This document shows, in pieces, positions 7,449-16,564 of a DNA stretch of 19,922 nt (position 1 is its first letter; every line of letters starts with the position of its first letter). The notes below the pieces were generated by a model, which did no database searches, was not told the origin of the DNA, and saw nothing but the letters and a program-made list of their open reading frames with translations. The position numbers were made by a program, and so were the translations under genes. Source of the DNA: a virus (Duplodnaviria > Heunggongvirae > Uroviricota > Caudoviricetes). Where the stretch lies: the IMG/VR virus record IMGVR_UViG_2671180676_000002; one strand, given 5' to 3'.

Positions 7449-8390
7449 TTAAGTTAATTTTAATGAATGGTACTCTCGTGAGTTGACCGAAGATTTGAGA
7501 TAACCGCAATCATTAACCGACAGTATTGCCGCTAATAGGCGACAAACGAGTTTCTGCATTTGCAGTAATATATCGTTACCATATTGATTGTTGTTAACAC
7601 TGGAAAAACCAAGTGGTTGGCCAAAAAAAATAGCCTCATGAAAATTATCATTGCGGATGCCAGAAATGTTTTTTTTGCCTGATACCCATGTGGGGATTGA
7701 TAACCCATAAATTCTGCACATCCACTTTAATCGCTTGGAATGATTTGGCTGGGTTTTATCAGGAGCCTTGTCATGCTCAGCCCACGATAAAGCAAAGCAA
7801 CCATCAAGTGCCATGTAAAGGTACTGGAATTTTTCAAAAGGAAGGTATTGTGGGTTTTGAGATAAGAATAGCGCATGCACCACTGCCGCAATTCTTTTGG
7901 GGGAGTGCGCATCCTTTTGTTTGTTAGTTATATAATTAAGAGCCAGTTCTATGACTTCTTTTTCAGAGCATCCAACGAGAATAAAATCGGTTAACTTAGT
8001 GGGCTTGATAGTGGTTGCATCAAGAAAACCAGCGTCAGTGGTTGTCAATCTTATACCCTTGAAAAAAGAGAGGCACCACACAACAAAGTTGAGAGTTTCT
8101 AACGAGGATGTGTTTTTTAATTTTAGTGTGTGCGTTTTGGGCATGCCGAATACTCGGTAACTATAAGGCATTGTGCATGAGTCACCATTAAGGTTATATA
8201 CCTTTCGATTCCCAGGGTATATCCAACCATTAACAACGTTTTTATCATTGTTAATACGTTCCACTTTCTCAATAAGACCGGGTAAAGTACGCAAAGAAAA
8301 TTGTTCAGTCTCAATGTTAACTTCTACTGGATAGTATCCAAACTCCGAAATAATCTCATTTGGTTGCTGTTCGTCAACTTCGCCTTGCAT
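7449..8390 (-). CDS. Hypothetical protein, 313 aa, with HEPN-type R-N-x3-H motif (candidate abortive-infection RNase)
   Basis: ORF with GGAGA RBS 5 nt upstream of ATG at 8390; AT-rich; residues R246-N-D-N-F-H251 (plus-strand 7638-7655) fit the HEPN Rx4-6H motif with N after R. Fold not verified. Confidence 0.8.
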   Translation of the reverse strand: MQGEVDEQQPNEIISEFGYYPVEVNIETEQFSLRTLPGLIEKVERINNDKNVVNGWIYPGNRKVYNLNGDSCTMPYSYRVFGMPKTHTLKLKNTSSLETLNFVVWCLSFFKGIRLTTTDAGFLDATTIKPTKLTDFILVGCSEKEVIELALNYITNKQKDAHSPKRIAAVVHALFLSQNPQYLPFEKFQYLYMALDGCFALSWAEHDKAPDKTQPNHSKRLKWMCRIYGLSIPTWVSGKKNISGIRNDNFHEAIFFGQPLGFSSVNNNQYGNDILLQMQKLVCRLLAAILSVNDCGYLKSSVNSREYHSLKLT

Positions 8391-8628
8391 AACTTTCTCC
8401 GTTCAAAAACAGGCACGATAATTCTCGTAAGCCTATCATGTTCGCAAAGTATCCATACCTGTGGATTTTGTAAATTTAAGTTGGTTTGTCATTAAATAAG
8501 CCGTTGCATGCAACAAGTGAATGTTTTTGCATGCGTCGGGGATGTCCGTTCAGGCTGCGTGCGGTCAGGACTGGTGCGGATCCATAGTATCTATGCAACT
8601 GCATTAAAACCGCCCCATGAAGCGGGCG

Positions 8629-8647
8629 GGCGAGGCGGGGAAAGCAC
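8629..8647. other. P2-type cohesive end site (cos), 19-nt GGCGAGGCGGGGAAAGCAC
   Basis: Exact match to the P2 19-nt cohesive end as I recall it, in the GC-rich spacer upstream of the Q/P packaging operon. Confidence 0.8.
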
Positions 8648-8788
8648 TGCGCGCTGGCGGTGGTGCTGATTTTATTTTTTCAGCGTCTGAGCGCGTCGTG
8701 AAGGCGTTTACTTGGCCTGCTGGGGCGTTGGTGTGTCTGCGGGATTTTTTGTGCGGTGATGAGCGTGTGAGGGCGTGATGACGGGGTG

Positions 8789-8811
8789 TAAAAAAGCCGC
8801 CCGCAGGCGGC
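8789..8811 (-). terminator. Rho-independent terminator after Q
   Basis: GCCGCC-CGCA-GGCGGC hairpin (8796-8811) immediately past the Q stop, followed on the minus strand by a run of six T (plus-strand A tract 8790-8795). Confidence 0.6.
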
Positions 8812-8816
8812 GATGT

Positions 8817-9851
8817 TCAGCCGTTGTCAGTGTCCAGTGAGTAGTTTTTAAAGCGGATGACCTCCTGACCGAGCCAGCCGTTTATTTCCCGAATCCTGTC
8901 CTGTAACGGGATAAGCTCATTGCGGACAAAGACCTTTGCCACTTTCTCAATATCACCCAGCGACCCGACGTTCTCCGGCTTGCCGCCCATCAACTGAAAG
9001 GGGATGCGGTGCGCGTCCAGCAGGTCAGCGGCGCTGGCTTTTTTGATATTAAAAAAATCGTCCTTCGTCGCCACTTCACTGAGCGGGATAATTTTAATGC
9101 CGTCGGCTTTCCCCTGTGGTGCATAGAGAAACAGATTTTTAAAGTTGTTGCGGCCTTTCGACTTCACCATGTTTTCGCGGAGCATTTCGATATCGTTGCG
9201 ATCCTGCACGGCATCAGTGACGTACATGATGTATCCGGCATGTGCGCCGTTTTCGTAATACTTGCGGCGGAACAGCGTGGCCGACTCATTCAGCCAGGCA
9301 GAGTTAAGGGCGCTGAGATATTCCGGCAGGCCGTACAGCTCCTGATTAATATCCGGCTCCAGCAGGTGAAACACGGAGCCGGGCGCGAAGGCTGTCGGCT
9401 CGTTGAAGGACGGCACCCACCAGTAAATATCCTCTTCCACACCACGGCGGGTATATTTTGCCGGTGAGGTTTCCAGTCTGATGACCTTACCGGTGGTGCT
9501 GTAACGCTTTTCCAGAAATGCATTACCAAATACCAGAAAATCCAGCACAAAGCGGCTGAAATCCTGCTGGGAAAGCCATGGATGCGGGATAAATGTCGAG
9601 GCCAGAATATTACGTTTGACGTAAATCGGTGAGCTGTGATGCACGGCAGCACGCAGGCTTTTTGCCAGACCGGTAAAGCTGACCGGCGGCTCATACCATC
9701 TGCCGTTACTGATGCATTCGACGTAATCCAGAATGTCACGGCGGTCGAGCACCGGCACCGGCTCACCAAAGGTGAATGCCTCCATTTTCGGGGCGCTGGC
9801 AGTCATTTTTTTTGCCGCAGGTTGCGGTGTTTTCCCTTTTTTCTTGCTCAT
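8817..9851 (-). CDS. Q: Portal (capsid vertex) protein Q, 344 aa
   Basis: 344-aa ORF adjacent to cos, start overlaps P stop (ATGA); size and position as P2 Q. Confidence 0.95.
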   Translation of the reverse strand: MSKKKGKTPQPAAKKMTASAPKMEAFTFGEPVPVLDRRDILDYVECISNGRWYEPPVSFTGLAKSLRAAVHHSSPIYVKRNILASTFIPHPWLSQQDFSRFVLDFLVFGNAFLEKRYSTTGKVIRLETSPAKYTRRGVEEDIYWWVPSFNEPTAFAPGSVFHLLEPDINQELYGLPEYLSALNSAWLNESATLFRRKYYENGAHAGYIMYVTDAVQDRNDIEMLRENMVKSKGRNNFKNLFLYAPQGKADGIKIIPLSEVATKDDFFNIKKASAADLLDAHRIPFQLMGGKPENVGSLGDIEKVAKVFVRNELIPLQDRIREINGWLGQEVIRFKNYSLDTDNG

Positions 9852-11623
9852 CAGTAAAACTCCAGAATGGTGGATGTCAGCGGGGTGCTGATACCGGCGG
9901 TGAGTGGCTCATTTAACAGGGCGTGCATGGTCGCCCAGGCGAGGTCGGCGTGGCTGGCTTCCTCGCTGCGGCTGGCCTCATAGGTGGCGCTGCGTCCGCT
10001 GCTGGTCATGGTCTTGCGGATAGCCATAAACGAGCTGGTGATGTCGGTGGCGCTGACGTCATATTCCAGACAGCCACGACGGATAACGTCTTTTGCCTTG
10101 AGCACCATTGCGGTTTTCATTTCCGGTGTGTAGCGGATATCGCGCGCGGCGGGATAGAACGAGCGCACGAGCTGGAACACGCCGACACCGAGGCCGGTGG
10201 CATCAATACCGATGTATTCGACGTTATATTTTTCGGTGAGTTTGCGGATGGATTCCGCCTGGGTGGCAAAGTCCATGCCTTTCCACTGGTGACGCTCAAG
10301 TATTCTGAATTTGCCACCGGCCACCACCGGCGGTGCCAGTACCACGCATCCGGCGCTGTCGCCACGGTGTGACGGGTCGTAACCAATCCATACCGGGCGG
10401 GAGCCGAACGGATTCGCGGCAAACGGCGCATAGTCTTCCCATTCTTCCAGCGTGTCGACCATGCAGCGTTGCAGCTCCTCGAACGGGAACACCGACGCCT
10501 TGTCGTCAACAAATTCACACATGAACAGGTTTTTAAAATCGTCGGCGCTGTTTTCGCGTTTAAGCTGCTCAATGTCGAACAGCGTGCAGCCACCTTTCAG
10601 GGCGTCCTCAATGGTGACAATCTGCCGCCACTGGCCGTCCGCACAGAGAAGCCCACCGGCAAGGGCGTTATGACTGACGTCGATTTCCACGCGTTCGGCG
10701 GCGCTGGCGCGTCCCCGGTTGAACAGTTCACCCGACCAGAACGGGTAGGCGTCGTGCGCCAGCGTGGACGGGGTGGAGAAATAGGTCGAGCGCAGGTGAC
10801 TCTGTGAGGCCATACCTGATGCCACCTTACGCAGTACCTGAAAATTCGGGATCCAGAAAATCTCGTCGACGTACAGGTCGCCGTTATGGCTCTGTGCGGT
10901 GTTGGAGTTGGTGCCGAGAAAAATCAGTTTTGCGCCGTTATTGCCCAGGACAATCGGGTCACCGGTCAGGTCAACGTCAACCAGCCGGGCAAAGGCGATG
11001 ATGTATTCGCGGAACACATACGCCTGCGTTTTACTGGCCGACAGAAAAATCTGGTTATGACCGGTTTTCAGGGCGCGCAGCAGCGCCTCGCGGGAAAAAT
11101 AAAACGTCGCGCCAATCTGGCGGGATTTCAGGATATCGCGGATGCGGTGCTCAAGCCCGGCGCGATACCAGTGCAACTGATAGTCGAAAGACTGCTCAAA
11201 GAAAATCTGCTCCAGCTTTTCGATGGCCTCGTCACTGAAAAAATTCTTTTTCGGTTTGCGCCGCCCGCCTTTGTTGCGGTTAGCGACGTTCGGATTAAGG
11301 TCTGCCTCGTTGCCGGTCTGGCTGTAGCGGTTGACCCGTGCCAGTCGTTCAATCTGGCGTCCCAGCAGGTCAATTTCCTTGAAGTCACTGCCGGTTTTCT
11401 GCGGTTTGATGATGAGCTGGGTCAGCCGCGCTTCCAGGCTCATTTCGACACGGCTGATGGGGGCAACGCTGTCCCAGCCGTCGCGCTGTTTCCAGCTCTG
11501 CACCGTCGGGCGTTTCATCTGCAACATGGCGGCAATCTGCGGCACGGAAAACCCCTGCCAGTACAGCAGCGCCGCCTGACGACGCGGGTCGTGTAAAAGA
11601 GTGGTGTCTGTGGTGATGGTCAT
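9851..11623 (-). CDS. P: Terminase large (ATPase) subunit P, 590 aa
   Basis: Long ORF upstream of Q on the same strand; preferred start ATG at 11623 (MTITTDTT) with GAGG RBS, giving 590 aa as in P2 P. The track's 600-aa version starts 10 codons earlier. Confidence 0.9.
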   Translation of the reverse strand: MTITTDTTLLHDPRRQAALLYWQGFSVPQIAAMLQMKRPTVQSWKQRDGWDSVAPISRVEMSLEARLTQLIIKPQKTGSDFKEIDLLGRQIERLARVNRYSQTGNEADLNPNVANRNKGGRRKPKKNFFSDEAIEKLEQIFFEQSFDYQLHWYRAGLEHRIRDILKSRQIGATFYFSREALLRALKTGHNQIFLSASKTQAYVFREYIIAFARLVDVDLTGDPIVLGNNGAKLIFLGTNSNTAQSHNGDLYVDEIFWIPNFQVLRKVASGMASQSHLRSTYFSTPSTLAHDAYPFWSGELFNRGRASAAERVEIDVSHNALAGGLLCADGQWRQIVTIEDALKGGCTLFDIEQLKRENSADDFKNLFMCEFVDDKASVFPFEELQRCMVDTLEEWEDYAPFAANPFGSRPVWIGYDPSHRGDSAGCVVLAPPVVAGGKFRILERHQWKGMDFATQAESIRKLTEKYNVEYIGIDATGLGVGVFQLVRSFYPAARDIRYTPEMKTAMVLKAKDVIRRGCLEYDVSATDITSSFMAIRKTMTSSGRSATYEASRSEEASHADLAWATMHALLNEPLTAGISTPLTSTILEFY

Positions 11624-11796
11624 GAATACCTCGCCGTGATGAATACACGGCAAGGCTACTGAGTCGCGCCCTGCGATTCGCTAAGGTGCTGTTGTGTCAG
11701 TGATAAGCCATCCGGGACTGATGGCGGAGGATGCGCATCGTCGGGAAACTGATGCCGACATGTGACTCCTCTAATCACTATTCAGGACTCCTGACA

Positions 11797-12651
11797 ATGG
11801 CAAAAAAAGTCTCAAAATTCTTTCGTATCGGCGTTGAGGGTGACACCTGTGACGGGCGTGTCATCAGTGCGCAGGATATTCAGGAAATGGCCGAAACCTT
11901 TGACCCGCGTGTCTATGGTTGCCGTATTAACCTGGAACATCTGCGCGGCATCCTGCCTAACGGTATTTTTAAACGTTATGGTGATGTGGTCGAACTGAAG
12001 GCCGAAAAGATTGACGATGATTCGGCGCTGAAAGGCAAATGGGCGCTGTTTGCGAAAATCACCCCGACCGATGACCTTATCGCGATGAACAAGGCCGCGC
12101 AGAAGGTCTATACCTCAATGGAAATTCAGCCGAACTTTGCCAATACCGGCAAATGTTATCTGGTGGGTCTGGCCGTCACCGATGACCCGGCAAGCCTCGG
12201 CACGGAATACCTGGAATTCTGCCGCACGGCAAAACACAACCCCCTGAACCGCTTCAAATTAAGCCCTGAAAACCTGATTTCAGTGGCAACGCCCGTTGAG
12301 CTGGAATTTGAAGACCTGCCTGAAACCGTGTTCACCGCCCTGACCGAAAAGGTGAAATCCATTTTTGGCCGTAAACAGGCCAGCGATGACGCCCGTCTGA
12401 ATGACGTGCATGAAGCGGTGACCGCTGTTGCTGAACATGTGCAGGAAAAACTGAGCGCCACTGAGCAGCGCATCGCAGAAATGGAAACCGCCTTTTCCGC
12501 ACTTAAGCAGGATATGACTGACAGGGCGGATGAAACCAGCCAGGCATTCACCCGCCTGAAAAACAGTCTCGACCACACCGAAAGTCTGACCCAGCAGCGC
12601 CGCAGCAAGGCCACCGGCGGTGGCGGTGACGCCCTGATGACGAACTGCTGA
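11797..12651 (+). CDS. O: Capsid scaffolding protein O, 284 aa
   Basis: Divergent from P; start ATG 11797 (MAKKVSKFF) with AGGA upstream gives 284 aa as in P2 O; acidic coiled-coil-like C-terminal half. Confidence 0.9.
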   Translation: MAKKVSKFFRIGVEGDTCDGRVISAQDIQEMAETFDPRVYGCRINLEHLRGILPNGIFKRYGDVVELKAEKIDDDSALKGKWALFAKITPTDDLIAMNKAAQKVYTSMEIQPNFANTGKCYLVGLAVTDDPASLGTEYLEFCRTAKHNPLNRFKLSPENLISVATPVELEFEDLPETVFTALTEKVKSIFGRKQASDDARLNDVHEAVTAVAEHVQEKLSATEQRIAEMETAFSALKQDMTDRADETSQAFTRLKNSLDHTESLTQQRRSKATGGGGDALMTNC

Positions 12652-12709
12652 CCGGCGTCAGTCAGTCCGGGAAAACCTTCACGATTAACCCTTAATTTCA
12701 GGAAAAACT

Positions 12710-13783
12710 ATGCGCCAGGAAACCCGCTTTAAATTTAATGCCTACCTGTCCCGTGTTGCCGAACTGAACGGCATCGACGCCGGTGATGTGTCGAAAAAAT
12801 TCACCGTTGAACCGTCGGTCACCCAGACCCTGATGAACACCATGCAGGAGTCCTCTGATTTTCTGACCCGCATCAACATTGTGCCGGTCAGCGAAATGAA
12901 AGGGGAAAAAATTGGTATCGGTGTCACCGGCTCCATCGCCAGCACCACCGACACCGCCGGTGGCACCGAGCGTCAGCCGAAGGACTTCTCGAAGCTGGCG
13001 TCTAACAAGTACGAATGCGACCAGATTAACTTCGATTTTTATATCCGCTACAAAACGCTTGACCTGTGGGCGCGTTATCAGGATTTCCAGCTCCGTATCC
13101 GTAACGCCATTATCAAACGCCAGTCCCTTGATTTCATCATGGCCGGTTTTAACGGCGTGAAGCGTGCCGAAACCTCTGACCGCAGCAGCAATCCGATGTT
13201 GCAGGATGTGGCGGTCGGCTGGCTGCAGAAATACCGCAATGAAGCCCCGGCGCGCGTGATGAGCAAGGTCACTGACGAGGAAGGTCACACGACCTCTGAG
13301 GTCATCCGCGTGGGTAAGGGCGGTGATTATGCCAGCCTTGATGCACTGGTGATGGATGCGACCAACAACCTGATCGAACCGTGGTATCAGGAAGACCCTG
13401 ACCTTGTGGTGATAGTGGGACGTCAGTTACTGGCGGACAAGTATTTCCCCATCGTTAACAAGGAGCAGGACAACAGCGAAATGCTGGCCGCTGACGTCAT
13501 CATCAGCCAGAAACGCATCGGTAACCTGCCAGCGGTACGCGTTCCGTACTTCCCGGCGGATGCGATGCTCATCACGAAGCTGGAAAACCTGTCCATCTAC
13601 TACATGGATGACAGCCATCGCCGCGTGATTGAGGAAAACCCGAAACTCGACCGCGTGGAGAACTACGAGTCAATGAACATTGATTACGTGGTGGAGGACT
13701 ACGCCGCCGGTTGTCTGGTGGAAAAAATTAAGGTCGGTGATTTCTCCACACCGGCTAAAGCGACCGCAGAGCCGGGAGCGTAA
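12710..13783 (+). CDS. N: Major capsid protein N, 357 aa
   Basis: 357-aa ORF with AGGAAA RBS, follows the scaffold gene; length as P2 N. Confidence 0.95.
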   Translation: MRQETRFKFNAYLSRVAELNGIDAGDVSKKFTVEPSVTQTLMNTMQESSDFLTRINIVPVSEMKGEKIGIGVTGSIASTTDTAGGTERQPKDFSKLASNKYECDQINFDFYIRYKTLDLWARYQDFQLRIRNAIIKRQSLDFIMAGFNGVKRAETSDRSSNPMLQDVAVGWLQKYRNEAPARVMSKVTDEEGHTTSEVIRVGKGGDYASLDALVMDATNNLIEPWYQEDPDLVVIVGRQLLADKYFPIVNKEQDNSEMLAADVIISQKRIGNLPAVRVPYFPADAMLITKLENLSIYYMDDSHRRVIEENPKLDRVENYESMNIDYVVEDYAAGCLVEKIKVGDFSTPAKATAEPGA

Positions 13784-13786
13784 CCG

Positions 13787-14530
13787 ATGACGAGTCCCGC
13801 ACAGCGCCACATGATGCGGGTCTCGGCAGCGATGACCGCGCAGCGGGAAGCCGCCCCGCTGCGACATGCAACTGTCTATGAGCAGATGCTGGTTAAGCTC
13901 GCCGCAGACCAGCGCACACTGAAAGCGATTTATTCAAAAGAGCTGAAGGCCGCGAAAAAACGCGAACTGCTGCCGTTCTGGTTGCCGTGGGTGAACGGCG
14001 TGCTGGAGCAGGGCAAAGGTGCACAGGATGACATTCTGATGACGGTCATGCTGTGGCGTCTGGATACCGGCGATATTGCCGGTGCGCTGGAGATTGCCCG
14101 TTATGCCCTGAAGTACGGTCTGACCATGCCGGGTAAACACCGCCGCACCCCGCCGTACATGTTCACCGAGGAGGTGGCGCTCGCGGCCATGCGTGCTCAC
14201 GCTGCCGGTGAGTCTGTGGATACCCGCCTGCTGACGGAGACCCTTGAACTGACCGCCACGGCTGACATGCCTGATGAAGTGCGCGCAAAGCTGCACAAAA
14301 TCACCGGTCTGTTTCTGCGTGACGGTGGTGATGCCGCAGGGGCGCTGGCGCACCTGCAACGTGCGACACAGCTCGACTGTCAGGCAGGCGTCAAAAAAGA
14401 GATTGAACGACTGGAGCGGGAGCTGAAACCGAAGCCGGAGCCGCAGCCCAAAGCGGCCACCCGTACCCCGCGTAAGACCCGGAGCGTGACACCGGCAAAA
14501 CGTGGACGCCCGAAAAAGAAAGCCAGTTAA
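13787..14530 (+). CDS. M: Terminase small/endonuclease subunit M, 247 aa
   Basis: 247-aa ORF 3 nt after N; basic Lys/Arg/Pro-rich C-terminal tail; size and order as P2 M. Confidence 0.9.
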   Translation: MTSPAQRHMMRVSAAMTAQREAAPLRHATVYEQMLVKLAADQRTLKAIYSKELKAAKKRELLPFWLPWVNGVLEQGKGAQDDILMTVMLWRLDTGDIAGALEIARYALKYGLTMPGKHRRTPPYMFTEEVALAAMRAHAAGESVDTRLLTETLELTATADMPDEVRAKLHKITGLFLRDGGDAAGALAHLQRATQLDCQAGVKKEIERLERELKPKPEPQPKAATRTPRKTRSVTPAKRGRPKKKAS

Positions 14531-14629
14531 CAACCGAATGAGCCCCGCGCCAGGGCGGCACGCCGGTCAGTGACGGTGAATCACCTGACACTGCACCGGC
14601 GTCCACCGCCCGACTTTTCAGAGGTAGTC

Positions 14630-15139
14630 ATGATGACGCTGATTATTCCGCGAAAGGAGGCTCCTGTATCCGGTGAGGGTACGGTGGTCATCCCGCAACC
14701 GGCAGGCGACGAGCCGGTGATTAAAAACACGTTCTTTTTTCCCGATATCGACCCGAAGCGCGTCCGGGAACGTATGCGCCTTGAGCAGACCGTCGCCCCC
14801 GCCCGTCTGCGTGAGGCCATCAAGTCAGGCATGGCGGAAACAAATGCGGAGCTGTACGAGTACCGCGAACAGAAAATTGCCGCCGGTTTTACGCGTCTGG
14901 CGGACGTTCCGGCGGACGACATCGACGGTGAAAGTATCAAAGTTTTTTACTACGAGCGCGCCGTGTGTGCGATGGCGACCGCGTCGCTTTATGAGCGTTA
15001 CCGCGGCGTGGATGCCAGTGCGAAAGGAGACAAGAAGGCTGACAGCATTGACAGCACCATTGATGAGCTGTGGCGGGATATGCGCTGGGCAGTGGCGCGC
15101 ATCCAGGACAAGCCGCGCTGCATCGTGAGTCAAATCTGA
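14630..15139 (+). CDS. L: Head completion/stabilisation protein L, 169 aa
   Basis: Start ATG 14630 with GAGG RBS 5 nt upstream gives 169 aa; stop overlaps the X start. Confidence 0.85.
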   Translation: MMTLIIPRKEAPVSGEGTVVIPQPAGDEPVIKNTFFFPDIDPKRVRERMRLEQTVAPARLREAIKSGMAETNAELYEYREQKIAAGFTRLADVPADDIDGESIKVFYYERAVCAMATASLYERYRGVDASAKGDKKADSIDSTIDELWRDMRWAVARIQDKPRCIVSQI

Positions 15140-15342
15140 TGAAGACCTTTGCGCTACAGGGCGACACGCTCGACGCCATTTGTGTCCGGTATTACGGGCG
15201 CACTGAGGGCGTGGTTGAGACCGTGCTCGCCGCAAATCCGGGACTGGCTGAACTGGGTGCGGTGCTGCCACACGGCACCGCCGTCGAACTGCCCGACGTT
15301 CAGACCGCGCCCGTGGCTGAAACTGTCAATCTGTGGGAGTAA
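15139..15342 (+). CDS. X: Tail protein X, 67 aa
   Basis: ATG at 15139 overlapping the L stop (TGATG); 67 aa (MKTFALQGDTLDAI...). The track's 90-aa version lacks a start signal. Confidence 0.85.
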   Translation: MKTFALQGDTLDAICVRYYGRTEGVVETVLAANPGLAELGAVLPHGTAVELPDVQTAPVAETVNLWE

Positions 15343-15345
15343 CGC

Positions 15346-15627
15346 ATGACAGCAGAAGAAAAAAGCGTTCTGTCGCTTTTCATGATTGGGGTGCTGATTG
15401 TTGTCGGCAAGGTGCTTGCCGGTGGTGAACCCATCACCCCGCGTCTGTTTATCGGGCGCATGTTGCTCGGTGGTTTTGTCTCGATGGTTGCCGGTGTTGT
15501 TCTGGTGCAGTTTCCTGACCTGTCACTGCCTGCGGTGTGCGGCATCGGCTCCATGCTGGGTATCGCCGGTTATCAGGTGATTGAGATTGCCATTCAGCGT
15601 CGCTTTAAGGGCAGGGGGAAACCGTAA
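15346..15627 (+). CDS. Y: Holin Y, 93 aa
   Basis: Small protein with hydrophobic membrane segments (LSLFMIGVLIVVGKVLAGG, LLGGFVSMVAGVVLV) and charged C-terminus, directly upstream of the endolysin. Confidence 0.85.
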   Translation: MTAEEKSVLSLFMIGVLIVVGKVLAGGEPITPRLFIGRMLLGGFVSMVAGVVLVQFPDLSLPAVCGIGSMLGIAGYQVIEIAIQRRFKGRGKP

Positions 15628-16124
15628 TGCCGGTAATTAACACGCATCAGAATATCGCCGCCTTTCTCGACATGCTGGCCGTGTCCGAAGGGACGGCGAA
15701 TCATCCGCTGACGAAAAACCGGGGCTATGACGTGATAGTCACCGGACTGGACGGGAAGCCGGAAATCTTCACCGACTACAGTGACCACCCGTTCGCGCAT
15801 GGCCGACCGGCGAAGGTGTTTAACCGTCGCGGTGAAAAATCCACGGCCTCCGGTCGCTATCAGCAGCTTTACCTGTTCTGGCCGCATTACCGCAAACAGC
15901 TTGCCCTGCCGGATTTCAGTCCGTTGTCACAGGACAGACTCGCCATTCAGTTGATCCGCGAACGCGGTGCACTGGATGACATCCGGGCGGGACGCATTGA
16001 GCGCGCCATTTCACGCTGTCGCAATATCTGGGCGTCCCTGCCGGGTGCCGGTTACGGTCAGCGTGAGCATTCACTGGAAAAACTGGTCACCGTCTGGCGT
16101 ACCGCCGGTGGCGTACCGGCTTAA
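15627..16124 (+). CDS. K: Endolysin K, lambda R-like lytic transglycosylase, 165 aa
   Basis: AFLDMLAVSEGT, GYDVIVTG, TDYSDHPF, SGRYQQL, NIWASLPGAGYGQ segments parallel phage lambda R as I recall it; start overlaps the Y stop. Confidence 0.9.
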   Translation: MPVINTHQNIAAFLDMLAVSEGTANHPLTKNRGYDVIVTGLDGKPEIFTDYSDHPFAHGRPAKVFNRRGEKSTASGRYQQLYLFWPHYRKQLALPDFSPLSQDRLAIQLIRERGALDDIRAGRIERAISRCRNIWASLPGAGYGQREHSLEKLVTVWRTAGGVPA

Positions 16125-16138
16125 ACGGAGTAAACACC

Positions 16139-16564
16139 ATGAAGAAATTATCCCTTTCACTGATGCTGAACGTGTCGCTGGCGCTGGTGCTGGCACTGTC
16201 CCTGATTTACCCGCAGAGCGTGGCCGTCAGTTTTGTCGCCACCTGGGCGATTCTGGCGACGGTTATCTGTGTGGTTGCCGGCGGTGTCGGCGTGTATGCC
16301 ACAGAGTATGTACTGGAACGCTACGGGCGGGAGCTGCCGCCGGAATCGCTGGCCGTGAAGATTGTCACGGCGCTGTTTTTGCAGCCGGTGCCGTGGCGCA
16401 GGCGGTCAGTGGCTCTGGTAGTGATGGTGGCGACGTTTATCTCGCTGGTCGCTGCCGGGTGGATTTTTACCGCGCTGATTTATCTCGTGGCATCGGTGTT
16501 CTTCCGGCTGATACGTACGGCCTGCTGTCAGCGTTTTGAGGGGCGGGAACCATGTCAAAGCTGA
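16139..16564 (+). CDS. lysA: Lysis accessory membrane protein LysA, 141 aa
   Basis: Multi-hydrophobic-segment 141-aa ORF with GGAG RBS, after the endolysin as in P2. Confidence 0.8.
   Translation: MKKLSLSLMLNVSLALVLALSLIYPQSVAVSFVATWAILATVICVVAGGVGVYATEYVLERYGRELPPESLAVKIVTALFLQPVPWRRRSVALVVMVATFISLVAAGWIFTALIYLVASVFFRLIRTACCQRFEGREPCQS

Noticed and set aside
7688-8495. ORFs 7688-7927 (+), 7727-7912 (-), 7951-8160 (+), 8123-8314 (-), 8301-8495 (+)
   Set aside because: All overlap the 313-aa gene or its upstream region in other frames or strands; no independent support.
9009-11648. Numerous ORFs overlapping Q and P on either strand (for example 9009-9467, 9290-9769, 9923-10372, 10117-10593, 10886-11596, 11385-11648)
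   Set aside because: Typical stop-poor alternative frames of GC-rich coding sequence; the Q and P frames are the only ones with coherent starts and P2-matching lengths.
12156-15554. Alternative-frame ORFs across O, N, M, L, X, Y (for example 12156-12614, 12698-13288, 13934-14533, 14825-15271, 15300-15554)
   Set aside because: Shadow ORFs within the structural gene cluster.
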